Below are positions 41,234 through 52,483 of a stretch of DNA of 64,000 nucleotides, in pieces. A program made the position numbers and the translations under genes. The stretch comes from an uncultured Methanoregulaceae archaeon (GTDB lineage: Archaea; Halobacteriota; Methanomicrobia; Methanomicrobiales; Methanospirillaceae). The stretch lies in NCBI GenBank assembly GCA_963841015.1, contig CAWJAX010000004.1:102267-166266 (forward strand). Reading direction: 5' to 3'. Under the pieces are notes generated by a model. It made no database searches, was not told the DNA's origin, and worked only from the letters and a program-made list of their open reading frames with translations. Within the stretch, counting starts at the first letter, position 1. Each line of letters begins with the position of its first letter.

Positions 41234-44164
41234 TTAATTCGGCATTTCATGGAAATCCGCACTGATATTGACAGCCTCCAGTGCATTCACCGTAATATCC
41301 GGATACTTCATTGTAATATTTTCTTGAGAGACCGTGACTGAATGCAATCCGATGGGAACCGAAGAGAACAGGAATGGTGTTACCTCACCAGTGTCCCTCC
41401 CATCAAGGGTAATGATTGCACCTGGTGGATCGCTGGCAATCTGTAAAAACCCACTTGGGTATTCTTCAAGGTTAAGATGGACATTGGTGGTCGATAGTGG
41501 AACTGGAGTGTATAAAAGGTTGAGACTGCTTTCCTTCGGGATGTAACCGGGTTTTGATACCATTATCCTGTGCGGGCCATCAGAAATATTCGAAAAAGTG
41601 TAGGGTGTCGAAAACCCGGTTCTGAATCCGTCAATATACACTTCAGCTCCTCGGGGATTTGAATCAACAAAAATATCAAGGTCATAATGCTCACGGGGTT
41701 CAATCACGAGATAATGATCCTCATTCATCGTGAAAGGAAGAATGTAAGAGACATAGGATTGGTTATGAAAAATGGTGATAAAAGAGTCAAAAACAGGAGT
41801 CGCAATCTTATCTGGGATGGTTTTTTGGACCGCATTACCGTTTACGGTAAATTGTTCTCCCCTAAGATTACTGGAGTCAATAAGTATCTCACGCAAAGGG
41901 GAACTATTGGCTGCGACATCAACAGGTACGATAGAGAACGGGTGAACAGAGATCTCCCTGTCCTGGAATTTTATATCTGCTTTTTCCCTGGAAAATGGAT
42001 CCGTCTGTCCAAGAGATAACCGTACCGTGTAGGTACCTTCTTTTAATCCCTGGATAACAGCCGGTGTTCTGTGGGATGTCTGAATACCATCAAGGGAAAT
42101 AATTGCCAGCCCGGGACGGGAATTGATGTACAACCCTCCATGGCGGGTTGTGTCGCGCTCTGGAACCATTTCATCCGACCGACCTTTTGCGGAATGGACG
42201 TCTGAATACAAATGTTCGCAGACAGTTGTGTCATTTGTAAGCGTGAGATTCCGTTCTGCGGGAAGAAAACCTTCGAGCTCAAGCCTGATCCTGTGCTGTT
42301 CTGATGAGTTTATCTCAACCGCATGGGGAGTTGTTTTTCCCAGATAGGTTCCATCAATAAAGATGAGAGCCCCTTCAGGATCTGAATGGAGTGAGAGCCT
42401 GCAGGGTGGAGTATTGTTCAAAGTCAGGGATGGATCGAGCGGGTTATAGGCATTTCCAAAAACCGGTTGATTGAAAGTGAGATTGGGGGAGTCCGGTTTG
42501 GTATCAGCATCGGCACTCACGTTGTGTTCGATGAGTAGAATGGCATTCCGGTTCACGAGATAATCTGCATTCATTCTTCTGATAGTGCTTTCGACAGAGG
42601 CTGAGTTTCCTGACAAATTTAAAAAGGGAGTTACCGGAACCCGAACAACAGCTGACGCTGACAGATTATCAAACGCATTATACCAGGTCCCGTTGTTAAA
42701 TTTTACGACATGCTCCGTAGTGTTCGACTTGTCAATGCCAGTCGTGATTAAAATTAGATCTGCATCATAGTTCTCGGTTGTATTTACAGCACCGGCGAAC
42801 TCAACAGATGTAGCAGCATCTTTTGGCAGGATACCTCTCTTCGGATCGCTTAACAGTACATCACATCCTTCACCAATCCAGTACTGGGAGGACGGTCCCT
42901 GTTCCTGCTCATACGCAACAAGGAGCATCACATTATCAACGGTGAATATATTCTGGTCAAAATCCGGATTCCGGAGTGAGACCGTATAGGAACCATTTCC
43001 CTTCAGGTGCCGGAGAACATCGTACGCATACGTCGCGGATACGTTTCTGTTACCCTCCTCATCGGCATCAATATAGACCTTTTCACTATCGAGCTGCTTG
43101 TCGCTGAACCATACAGAAAGGGAGGGTATACCACCCTGGTTCGTCTGGATTCCACGACTCCGTGAAACATATATATAGAGCCGTCCCAGGGTCTGGTTGC
43201 TGCCGGGTGGCAGATCAAGCGGAATTGTATAATTCTGGATCCGGTTATTCACTACAACAGAAGTGCTATCGGGGTCGAAAAACATCTGCAGAGTTCCATT
43301 CAGGGTACCTGAAGTATAGGAAGTCAATTTTGAACCTCTGTATCCATACCGTGAAGTATCATCGGGCAGGGGTGCTCCGGCCGGACTCTCTAACGCGGTA
43401 CTCCACCCCCAGGAACCTGATGAGACGGAGGCTGGGGGAAGGGAACTATAAATAAGGATTTCTGAAATATATTTTGCGGAAAGGCCTGTAGTCGTGGGAT
43501 ATTTCTCTTCACCACTCTGATAATAATACCAGTATTGCGGGTCTGCAGATTCGTGCCAGTCAAAATTCCCGAAAATATGTTGTCCCCAGGCATTGACTGA
43601 TGTGTCGGCAAAGAAGACCAGTTTCATTCCATCAGTATACCCTGAATCCGGATACTGGCCATCTTTATACCAGGTAATTACCATAGGTCCCTGCCGTGAT
43701 GGCGGGGTGTAGACATTTTTATAGGCAAACTCCTTGGTAAAGCCATCAGAAGCCTTGATTTTCAGGCTATCTGCCGAAGACATACCCCCAACTAAATTGC
43801 AGAGATCCCTGAGATCCGTTCCCTTGACTGCACCCATGTCTTTTTCGGGAAATGCATTGGTGTCTTCATAGGGATTCCACCGTAATTGTTCCTGTGTTGC
43901 CGGATCCGGATCATCGACAAAAACCGGCCCCTGATTATAATAATGAGTTACCCCGTCTCCCTGAACAGGTAATGAAGATTCCATCTCCTGATAAGTCAGG
44001 GTTTTTTCTGAAAGTATTGTTGTCCCGTCATTGGCATACTTTACGATATGGAGCTGGGTTGTTGCAGCAGATACCGGTAATATAACGAGGGAAACGCACA
44101 ATGCCACAAAAAGGAATCCTAAAATCCTGTATGTTGTGAAGAGGGAGAACACGTTGTTTCGCAC
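41234..44164 (-). CDS. Secreted protein: type-A molybdopterin-binding-like domain + DUF3344-like domain + four PEGA domains
   Basis: Signal peptide; ATTQLHIVKYANDG...KGTDLRDLC.LVGGM...ASDGF...GLSAKYISEILIY; LPPGS...GRLYIY...YAYDV...LLVAYE...WIGEGCDVL; SxPxGAxIxxDG x4. Confidence 0.8.
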   Translation of the reverse strand: MRNNVFSLFTTYRILGFLFVALCVSLVILPVSAATTQLHIVKYANDGTTILSEKTLTYQEMESSLPVQGDGVTHYYNQGPVFVDDPDPATQEQLRWNPYEDTNAFPEKDMGAVKGTDLRDLCNLVGGMSSADSLKIKASDGFTKEFAYKNVYTPPSRQGPMVITWYKDGQYPDSGYTDGMKLVFFADTSVNAWGQHIFGNFDWHESADPQYWYYYQSGEEKYPTTTGLSAKYISEILIYSSLPPASVSSGSWGWSTALESPAGAPLPDDTSRYGYRGSKLTSYTSGTLNGTLQMFFDPDSTSVVVNNRIQNYTIPLDLPPGSNQTLGRLYIYVSRSRGIQTNQGGIPSLSVWFSDKQLDSEKVYIDADEEGNRNVSATYAYDVLRHLKGNGSYTVSLRNPDFDQNIFTVDNVMLLVAYEQEQGPSSQYWIGEGCDVLLSDPKRGILPKDAATSVEFAGAVNTTENYDADLILITTGIDKSNTTEHVVKFNNGTWYNAFDNLSASAVVRVPVTPFLNLSGNSASVESTIRRMNADYLVNRNAILLIEHNVSADADTKPDSPNLTFNQPVFGNAYNPLDPSLTLNNTPPCRLSLHSDPEGALIFIDGTYLGKTTPHAVEINSSEQHRIRLELEGFLPAERNLTLTNDTTVCEHLYSDVHSAKGRSDEMVPERDTTRHGGLYINSRPGLAIISLDGIQTSHRTPAVIQGLKEGTYTVRLSLGQTDPFSREKADIKFQDREISVHPFSIVPVDVAANSSPLREILIDSSNLRGEQFTVNGNAVQKTIPDKIATPVFDSFITIFHNQSYVSYILPFTMNEDHYLVIEPREHYDLDIFVDSNPRGAEVYIDGFRTGFSTPYTFSNISDGPHRIMVSKPGYIPKESSLNLLYTPVPLSTTNVHLNLEEYPSGFLQIASDPPGAIITLDGRDTGEVTPFLFSSVPIGLHSVTVSQENITMKYPDITVNALEAVNISADFHEMPN

Positions 44165-44256
44165 CTACTTTGATTCCCGTCAATCTAAAAACGGTATAAT
44201 CCAGTTACCTAGTTTTCCGAATGAAAATTTAAATAAATTGCCATTTTTTATGATTT

Positions 44257-44276
44257 GTTAACATTCATACATTTAC
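44257..44276. promoter_or_regulatory. Candidate operator GTTAA-N10-TTTAC
   Basis: 93-112 nt upstream of GTG 44164; same motif and spacing at 51927, 54770, 61521. Confidence 0.5.
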
Positions 44277-44664
44277 TTTTTTGAGGAACTGAATTTATTC
44301 GACAAGAATGTCATGCTTTATAATACAACCTGAGGTGGATTATAGGACCAGTGGTTAATGAAAGCATGGACATTTTTTAATTATTCACGCGGAGTATACA
44401 AGGAAAATAATGTTTTTCAATTCTATTATCCAACTTTTGAAAATCTCCCGTTATTCTGAACAGGAAGGTCGAATTTTCTAAACCAGCCTTCTTCCTACCC
44501 AGATCCGTGGTCCCGGTCAACTGATGGAAGAACTTAGACATCTGGGTTCACGTCTACATGACTATCATTGGAGACATTGATCTCATTTCTGAAACATAAG
44601 ATTTGGTTGTTAAATTGAGAAAATACTAAAAAATTGATGGGGGGTTTTCTCTTATAATCTTATA

Positions 44665-47600
44665 TTACGTTCCGTCCCAGTCGCCTACTACAGGTAGGTC
44701 ACCTGCTATGCCATAACCAAAGACCTGGTCGGCATTCCCTGCTGTGTTGCTGTTCCTGAGGTAGAATGCACCATTGCGGTAGATTCCTACCGTCTCAACA
44801 CCATCCCCGTCCCAGTCGCCTACTACAGGTAGGTCACCTGCTATGCCATAACCAAAGACCTGGTCGGCATTCCCTGCTGTGTTGCTGTTCCTGAGGTAGA
44901 ATGCACCATTGCGGTAGATTCCTACTGTCTCAACGCCATCCCCGTCCCAGTCGCCTACTACAGGTAGGTCACCTGCTATGCCATAACCAAAGACCTGGTC
45001 GGCATTCCCTGCTGTGTTGCTGTTCCTGAGGTAGAATGCACCATTGCGGTAGATTCCTACTGTCTCAACGCCATCCCCGTCCCAGTCGCCTACTACAGGT
45101 AGGTCACCTGCTATGCCATAACCAAAGACCTGGTCTGCATTCCCTGCTGTGTTGCTGTTCCTGAGGTAGAATGCACCATTGCGGTAGATTCCTACCGTCT
45201 CAACACCATCCCCGTCCCAGTTACCTACTATGGGTAGGTCACCTGCTATGCCATAACCAAAGACCTGGTCTGCATTTATCAATATGTTGCTGTTCAGAGA
45301 GTAGAATTTATTACTGCTGTTTATAAGGTGGAATTCACCGTCACGGTAGATACCTGGAGAATGGAAAGTGAGAGAACTATCACTACCGACTCCGATGCTG
45401 AAATAATTGTTGCTCAGGTCTTTAACCGTGGGTTGACTCGTACTCTGAATTCTGACCTTATACTCATTACTTAACGGTTTATCTGACGGAATACTCCAGG
45501 TGTAGGAACCGGATCCGCCACTACCTATCGGGGTATTGGAGACGATGGTGAACACCTGAGTGTCGCCATCAAAGAGAACGATACTTACCGATGACCCGGA
45601 TTCACCTGTGTAACTCCAGCTGATCGGGTAAGCATTGCCACGTTTCCACGTCTCCCCGCCATTCGGAGATACCACCTTTATGGAACCTGTCGGGGTCGTA
45701 TCGGCCACAATACTGAAATAATTGTTGCTCAGGTCTTTGACCGTGGGTTGACTCGTACTCTGAATTCTGACCTTATACTCATCACTCAACGGTTTATCTG
45801 ACGGAATACTCCAGGTGTAGGAACCGGATCCGCCACTACCTATCGGGGTATTGGAGACGATGGTGAACACCTGAGTGTCGCCATCAAAGAGAACGATACT
45901 TACCGATGACCCGGATTCACCTGTGTAACTCCAGCTGATCGGGTAAGCATTGCCACGTTTCCACGTCTCCCCGCCATTCGGAGATACCACCTTTATGGAA
46001 CCTGTCGGGGTCGTATCGGCCACAATACTGAAATAATTGTTGCTCAGGTCTTTGACCGTGGGTTGACTCGTACTCTGAATTCTGACCTTATACTTATCAC
46101 TCAACGGTTTATCTGACGGAATACTCCAGGTGTAGGAACCGGATCCGCCACTACCTATCGGGGTATTGGAGACGATGGTGAACACCTGAGTGTCGCCATC
46201 AAAGAGAACGATACTTACCAATGACCCGGATTCACCTGTGTAACTCCAGCTGATCGGGTAAGCATTGCCACGTTTCCACGTCTCCCCGCCATTCGGAGAT
46301 ACAACCGTGATAGTTGCCGTAGTAACCTCATTCAGGGTGAAGTCGAATGCGGTTTCGGTATCTTTCGTTACCGCTTTTGTCTGAGTCGGTGGAGTGACAT
46401 ATCCGCTCTTGGTCACATTGACATCATGGTTTCCGACTGGAATATTTACCAGGGTGAAAGGAGTAACATTTGAGGTATCTGCACCATCAAGGAAGATCTT
46501 TGCACCTGGAGGAGTTGATGTCACCCTGATGCTGCCAACCTGCTGGAGAAGCACAGGGACTCCGGCACCATAAACAGATAAATGACTTGTGATGCCTGAA
46601 ACTGTTTTATCGGGGATATTTACAGAACTGCCAGGGACTTCCTTCCATTGGTTCTCCTCCCACACAAGCAGTCTCATTTCATCTTCATTGTGTCCTTGGG
46701 GGACATCGCCAGCCTTGTATTCGACAGTGATGGTTGCCGGGAGGGAGAACGTGGTTGTTGGCCCGATTTCGACTGCGGAAGTAAGACCGTGGGTGTCATC
46801 CGGCTCTGCAATCCTTATCAGAGTATCCTGTGCGAGAGATCCTGCTGGGATGAAGATACTGTGTTTGGTATATATGCCTCCGCTCCCTGCACTGGCCGTT
46901 CCACCGACACCAGCGGCAATGAGGGTGGAGGTGCTCTCGATGTCATCCTTATCCAGGGGAACCAGTTTGACGGATTTGACGCCTTTTACCGTCATTTTTC
47001 CGGTAACGTTAATTCCGGTAAACCTGAGAGGCCAGTTCTCATCACTCTCATCAATGTGATTTCCATTCAGGGAATTTGCGAGCAGGTAGTTGCTGCTGCG
47101 GATTATATCCCTGCTTGAGATAGTTATGTTATAACCGTCTCCTGCGGTTATTACGATATTGTAACCAGACAGTGCCTTTGTCTCATTATAGGCATTGGCA
47201 GAATGCTGATCGGCGTCATCGACAAATCCGGCAAAGAACCAGAGCGGCATACCTTCCCAGACTCTGCCACTATTGTCGGTGTAAGTCGCTTTATGGTCAG
47301 CCCCGAACTGGCAGGCAATTGCCTCCTCAAGGAACGGTTTGCTTACGGTATAATTGACACCCCCAATATCCCGGCCATCCAGTTCGAGCGTCCAGTCTGA
47401 TTCGGGAGTTGAATAGACTTTGATCATCGTGATATATTTAGCTGAAAGGCCAGCTGATGACGGGTACTGGATACCATTCTGGAAGTTATAACGCCAGAAT
47501 TCTGAGGGTAAGGTCTCATGCATATCCCAGTGTCCATAGACGTGATCACCATCTGGAGTGAAGAAGAGGCGCATTCCATCCGCATATTTTGGTACATATT

Positions 47601-50600
47601 GTCCATCGCCCCACCAGGCGATGATTGCATCTCCCTGCCGTGCCTGGACTGCCGGATTGGTATAAATCGATGAGTAAGGAAGTGTTGTTTCGAAACCATC
47701 ACTTGCAATAAAGGTAATCGTGGTTCCTGAACCCATACCACCGACAAGTTCAGCAAGGTCATGAACACGTGACCCTTTCACTACGTTCGAAACCTTGAAT
47801 CCACCAGGATAGGTTTCCTCCGGGTCCCACAAATTCGATGGGTCCATTGTCAGCCCCTCGAATTTGTACGCGGTTGTTCCGTCACCGATGACCGGAAGGT
47901 TTGCCTGCATCCAGGTATAATTCACGGTTTTATCGGCAATCACTGTGGTGCCATCCACGTCATATTTCAGTATCCTGAGCTCAGGGATCTGCGTGGGTGT
48001 GCCAAAATCTGATAGTGAGATCGTGTCAATACGGCTGACACTCATAGCGTGAGGTGCACCAGGACCAACGATACGGAGCGGCCACTCATCAGAGAGGAAT
48101 GGACTGAATGTTGTTTCTCCGGCGGAAACGTTCTTTTTCATGTTTGCGACAATATAGTTGTCGCTCCACATCACATCTGTATCGGGAAAGTCCTGACATA
48201 TGTTCCTGACTGAACCGAAATGGTATACCCTGCCGTTGCCTGGGCAGCATTGAATGCACCAGAGCCGTGCGGAATTCGGTCATCCACCCAACCTGCCAGA
48301 TCCCAGAGGGGGACACCGCTATAGACTACCTGATTTCCGTTAGTATCGGTTACCGTAACCTCACGATAGTGGTGCGGACATGCAGTCATGTCTTCAAATT
48401 CGGTCTGAGAGATACTATCCGAGATCTTACCGTTCAGGTTAAGATTGTATTTTCCTGCTGCGGGAGCCGGTGTCTGGAGTGATGGAATCCGGATCTCGGA
48501 AATATTCTTTACCTTCTGTTTTCCAGAGGTTACCGCAGAACCAACCATCTGAAGGGGTTGTTGCATTCCGGTAATCGGAGCACCATTCATCGTATTCGCA
48601 ACGATATAGGCATCGCTGTGCTTGATCAGATCGCTATAGAAATTGCCTGAAAATCCATCCTTGGCAACGACCTGAATTGTATAGTTCGTTGATGCAAGGG
48701 TATCATTGAAGGTCCAGTGACTTTGAGTTTCCTCATCATCCGCAACTCCGGCAAACCACCAGAGGGGTACACCGGAATAGACATTGCCGGAAGTGTCTGT
48801 CCAGTTTGCCGTGTGTCCACATGCTACTGCCTCTTCGAACTCTTCCTTGGTGATGGTGTCCGTGACATCCCCCACTATCCTCAGGCTCCATTCTGAAGGG
48901 GGAATGGGAATGTTGAGTATCTCTATCTTAACGATACTCCCAATCTGGTTTCCACTGAATACTTCCGGCCCCTTAAGGTGCAGTGGCCATGACTTTTTCC
49001 CATTTATTTCGACAGGTAGCGGCGTTCCATTGAGTGCATTAGCAACGATCCATCCATCATTTCTGGCCATATCCGCACTATTTATAGTGATAGAATAGCC
49101 ATCAGATGCGGTGATTTTCACCTGGTACCCAAGGGAGGCGAGGTCGTCCCTGAAGTTAAAGTGATCGGGTGTGTGAGGATCAACATCGTCAACCATTGCC
49201 ACAAGAAGCCAGAGCGGAATACCTGACCACTCATTGTCCGCCTCATCGGTCCAGTTGATCCAATGTCCGGAGTTCGGACAAGCAAGACCATTCTCAAAGT
49301 ACGCCTTGGTAACCGGTTGATCCACTGCTCCCTTCACCTGCAGTGTCCAGTCGGTTGGAGTGATACCTGTTGATACAACCGTCTTGACCGCTGCAGTTGC
49401 TGCTGCTTTTACTGCGGTAAGGTCGCTTGGTGTCGTGATTCCGGAGGCAAAGTAAAACTCAACTTTATCATTATCCACCAGTTCGATGACATTCAGACCG
49501 GCGGGATGGTTCATGTAACCATCCTTGTAGACATCATTCACATACGCATACCACTTGCCCGTGGCTTTGGTATACGTACTCACGTTGTCCAGTAACAGCA
49601 CCTGGTCGGATGACCAGCGCTTATCGGTTACGTCATAGGTAAACCCGGCCGAGGTTGCTGCAACATCAAGAGCTCCAAGAGGAGTGGTCTCGTTGATGGT
49701 ATAGCTGGTGCCCGAGTTGTATGCTGTCTTACTGAAGGTCTCTCCCGGGACCAGAGTCACCGGACCATCAAAGAGTACGTCCATTACCGGACCAGGTGGC
49801 TGAATGTCTGCAACCGTCTTCACCGCTGCAGTTGCTGCTGCTTTTACTGCGGTAAGGTCGCTTGGTGTCGTGATTCCGGAGGCAAAGTAAAACTCAACTT
49901 TATCATTATCCACCAGTTCGATCACATTCAGACCGTTCGCGTGGTTACCGAACCCGTCCTTGTAGACATCGTTCACGTACGCATACCACTTGCCCGTGGC
50001 TTTGGTATACGTACTCACGTTGTCCAGTAACAGCACCTGGTCGGATGACCAGCGCTTATCGGTTACGTCATAGGTAAACCCGGCCGAGGTTGCTGCAACA
50101 TCAAGAGCTCCAAGAGGAGTGGTCTCGTTGATGGTATAACTGGTTCCCGAGTTATATGTAGTCTTACTGAATGTTTCTCCCGGGACCAGAGTCACCGGAC
50201 CATCAAAGAGCACGTCCATTACCGGACCAGGTGGCTGAATATCCGCAACCGTCTTCACTGCTGCAGTTGCTGCTGCTTTTACTGCAGTAAGGTCGCTTGG
50301 TGTCGTGATTCCGGCGGCAAAGTAAAACTCAACTTTATCATTATCCACCAGTTCGATGACATTCAGACCGTTCGCGTGGTTACCGAACCCGTCCTTGTAG
50401 ACATCGTTCACGTACGCATACCACTTGCCCGTGGCTTTGGTATACGTACTCACGTTGTCCAGTAACAGCACCTGGTCGGATGACCAGCGCTTATCGGTTA
50501 CGTCATAGGTAAACCCGGCCGAGGTTGCTGCAACATCAAGAGCTCCAAGAGGAGTGGTCTCGTTGATGGTATAACTGGTTCCCGAGTTATATGTAGTCTT

Positions 50601-51816
50601 ACTGAATGTTTCTCCCGGGACCAGAGTCACCGGACCATCAAAGAGCACGTCCATTACCGGACCAGGTGGCTGAATATCCGCAACCGTCTTCACTGCTGCA
50701 GTTGCTGCTGCTTTTACTGCAGTAAGGTCGCTTGGTGTCGTGATTCCGGCGGCAAAGTAAAACTCAACTTTATCATTATCCACCAGTTCGATGACATTCA
50801 GACCGTTCGCGTGGTTGCCGAACCCGTCCTTGTAGACATCATTCACATACGCATACCACTTGCCCGTTGCTTTGGTATACGTGCTCACGTTGTCCAGTAA
50901 CAGCACCTGGTCGGATGACCAGCGCTTATCGGTTACGTCATAGGTAAACCCGGCCGAGGTTGCTGCAACATCAAGAGACTCCGAGAGGTGTGGTTGTGTT
51001 TATGGTATAGCTGGTGCCCGAGTTGTATGCCATTTTACTGAAAGTCTCTCCCGGGACCAGAGTCACCGGACCGTCAAAGAGAACGTCCATTACCGGACCA
51101 GGTGGCACATCATCGCTGTAGATGAGCACGTCAGAAATATACTTGACGGAGAGACCGGTTGTTGTTGGATACTCTTCAGCACCAGATGTGTAATAATACC
51201 AGTATTCAGGTGCTGCGGACTCGTGCCAGTCATAATTGCCCATGGCATGGATTCCCCATGGGTTTGTGGAAGTATCAGCAAAGAAGACCAGTTTCATGCC
51301 ATCTGCATAGGTAGTATCTGGATAGTTGCCGTCTTGGTACCAGGTGATGACCATCGGACCCTGCCGGGCAGGGTACTGGTACACATTGGTATAGGCAAAG
51401 GTCTTGGAAAAACCGTCACTCGCGCGAAGCTTCAAGGTCTCCCCTGCATTCATGCCGCCAACAAGATCGCAGATATCTTTGAGATTGGTACCCTTTACGG
51501 CACCATTGTCCTTTTCCTGGACGCTGATGTTCTCATAGATATTCCACCGGAGTTCCTGTTCAATAACCGGGTCTGGATTATCGATAAAAACCGGGCCCTG
51601 ATGATAGTAATGGGTCGTTCCATCACCCATCACCGGCAGGTTCGCTTGCATCCACTGATAAGTTTTGGTCGTCTCGTTCAGGATGGTCGTACCATCATTC
51701 GCGTACTTTACAATATGCAATTGTGTGGTTGCTGCCATTGCCGGAGATACCAGCAAAATCAAAGCGATGCATAACAGTACGATTCGTGAAGTGTAATTCT
51801 CATAATTTTTTTTCAT
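44665..51816 (-). CDS. Giant (~2,380 aa) mosaic surface protein, split into three ORFs by frameshifts at ~50978 and ~48180
   Basis: Signal peptide from ATG 51816; type-A domain; 4 DUF4430-like repeats; 3 type-B + 1 type-A + 1 type-B sulfite-oxidase-fold domains; ZU5-like; PEGA; 3 SPNGGETW Ig-like repeats; 5 GDWDGDG repeats. The first break interrupts TTPLG|ALDVAAT, which is intact in sibling repeats. Confidence 0.82.
44668..45360 (-). repeat. Coding tandem repeat, 135-bp (45-aa) unit, 4 near-identical + 1 divergent copy
   Basis: GIYRNGAFYLRNSNTAGNADQVFGYGIAGDLPVVGDWDGDGVETV. Confidence 0.92.
45398..46300 (-). repeat. Coding tandem repeat, 315-bp (105-aa) Ig-like unit x3
   Basis: VVSPNGGETWKRGNAYPISWSY...KDLSNNYFSI, near-identical DNA copies. 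Confidence 0.92.
49378..51105 (-). repeat. Coding tandem repeat, 435-bp (145-aa) DUF4430-like unit x4
   Basis: Matching sequence recurs at 49378, 49813, 50248, 50683; TTPLGAL...WYAYVND...IELVDNDKVEFYF. Confidence 0.9.
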
Positions 51817-51926
51817 AACTATGCACCTTATCGCGATTTTCAAAGGACGATACACAAAAAGTGAATACCTGTCCGTCAGATAACAGAATGAAATTATTAA
51901 TAATAAATTGTTGCTATGCATGTTTG

Positions 51927-51946
51927 GTTAATTAAATTATATTTAC
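51927..51946. promoter_or_regulatory. Candidate operator GTTAA-N10-TTTAC
   Basis: Upstream of the giant gene; TGxTTxGTTAA...ATTTAC context matches the 44257 site. Confidence 0.5.
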
Positions 51947-52483
51947 ATATATGAGCTTTTCTGAAAAAATCTGAGTTGCATGGCATCCTGATAGATATTT
52001 TGAAATAATCGCAGAGAAACTTGGAAATATTTTTAAATGACGTGATTTCTTCTTAAAATTCTTAAAATTATATCATAATTTATTTAAAATACTAAAAAAT
52101 TTCAGAAAGTTAATTTTTTTTATTTAATCAACAATCAATACTCTTGTAATGATAAAAAAATTTAAAGATTAATGGCCAACTCTAAAAGATTTATTCATAA
52201 AGAATACGAAAGTAATTGGCATCATCCAAGGCAGAGGATTAACAGATTATATAGAATGCGCGTCATCGACCATCAGTTTTTGAGATTTTTATTATCAACT
52301 CCATATTCCCGCTTCCAGAAGATCTCCTTGTTTATCCGAATTTGAATGTCTTGTTCATTGCAGGGTTCTTGAGGGTATTCAGATACCCCATCTCAGTCAA
52401 CGTACTGCATATCCCGTTCCCTGAACTTTAATTGAAAATACCAAAAAATGGGTTATGAAGATTTTCCTTCATATTTTCCTAGA

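Noticed and set aside
34945-50973. TGA stops at 34945, 48171 and 50971 as selenocysteine/readthrough codons
   Set aside because: The homologous protein sequence continues in a different frame in each case, so these are frameshifts, not readthrough
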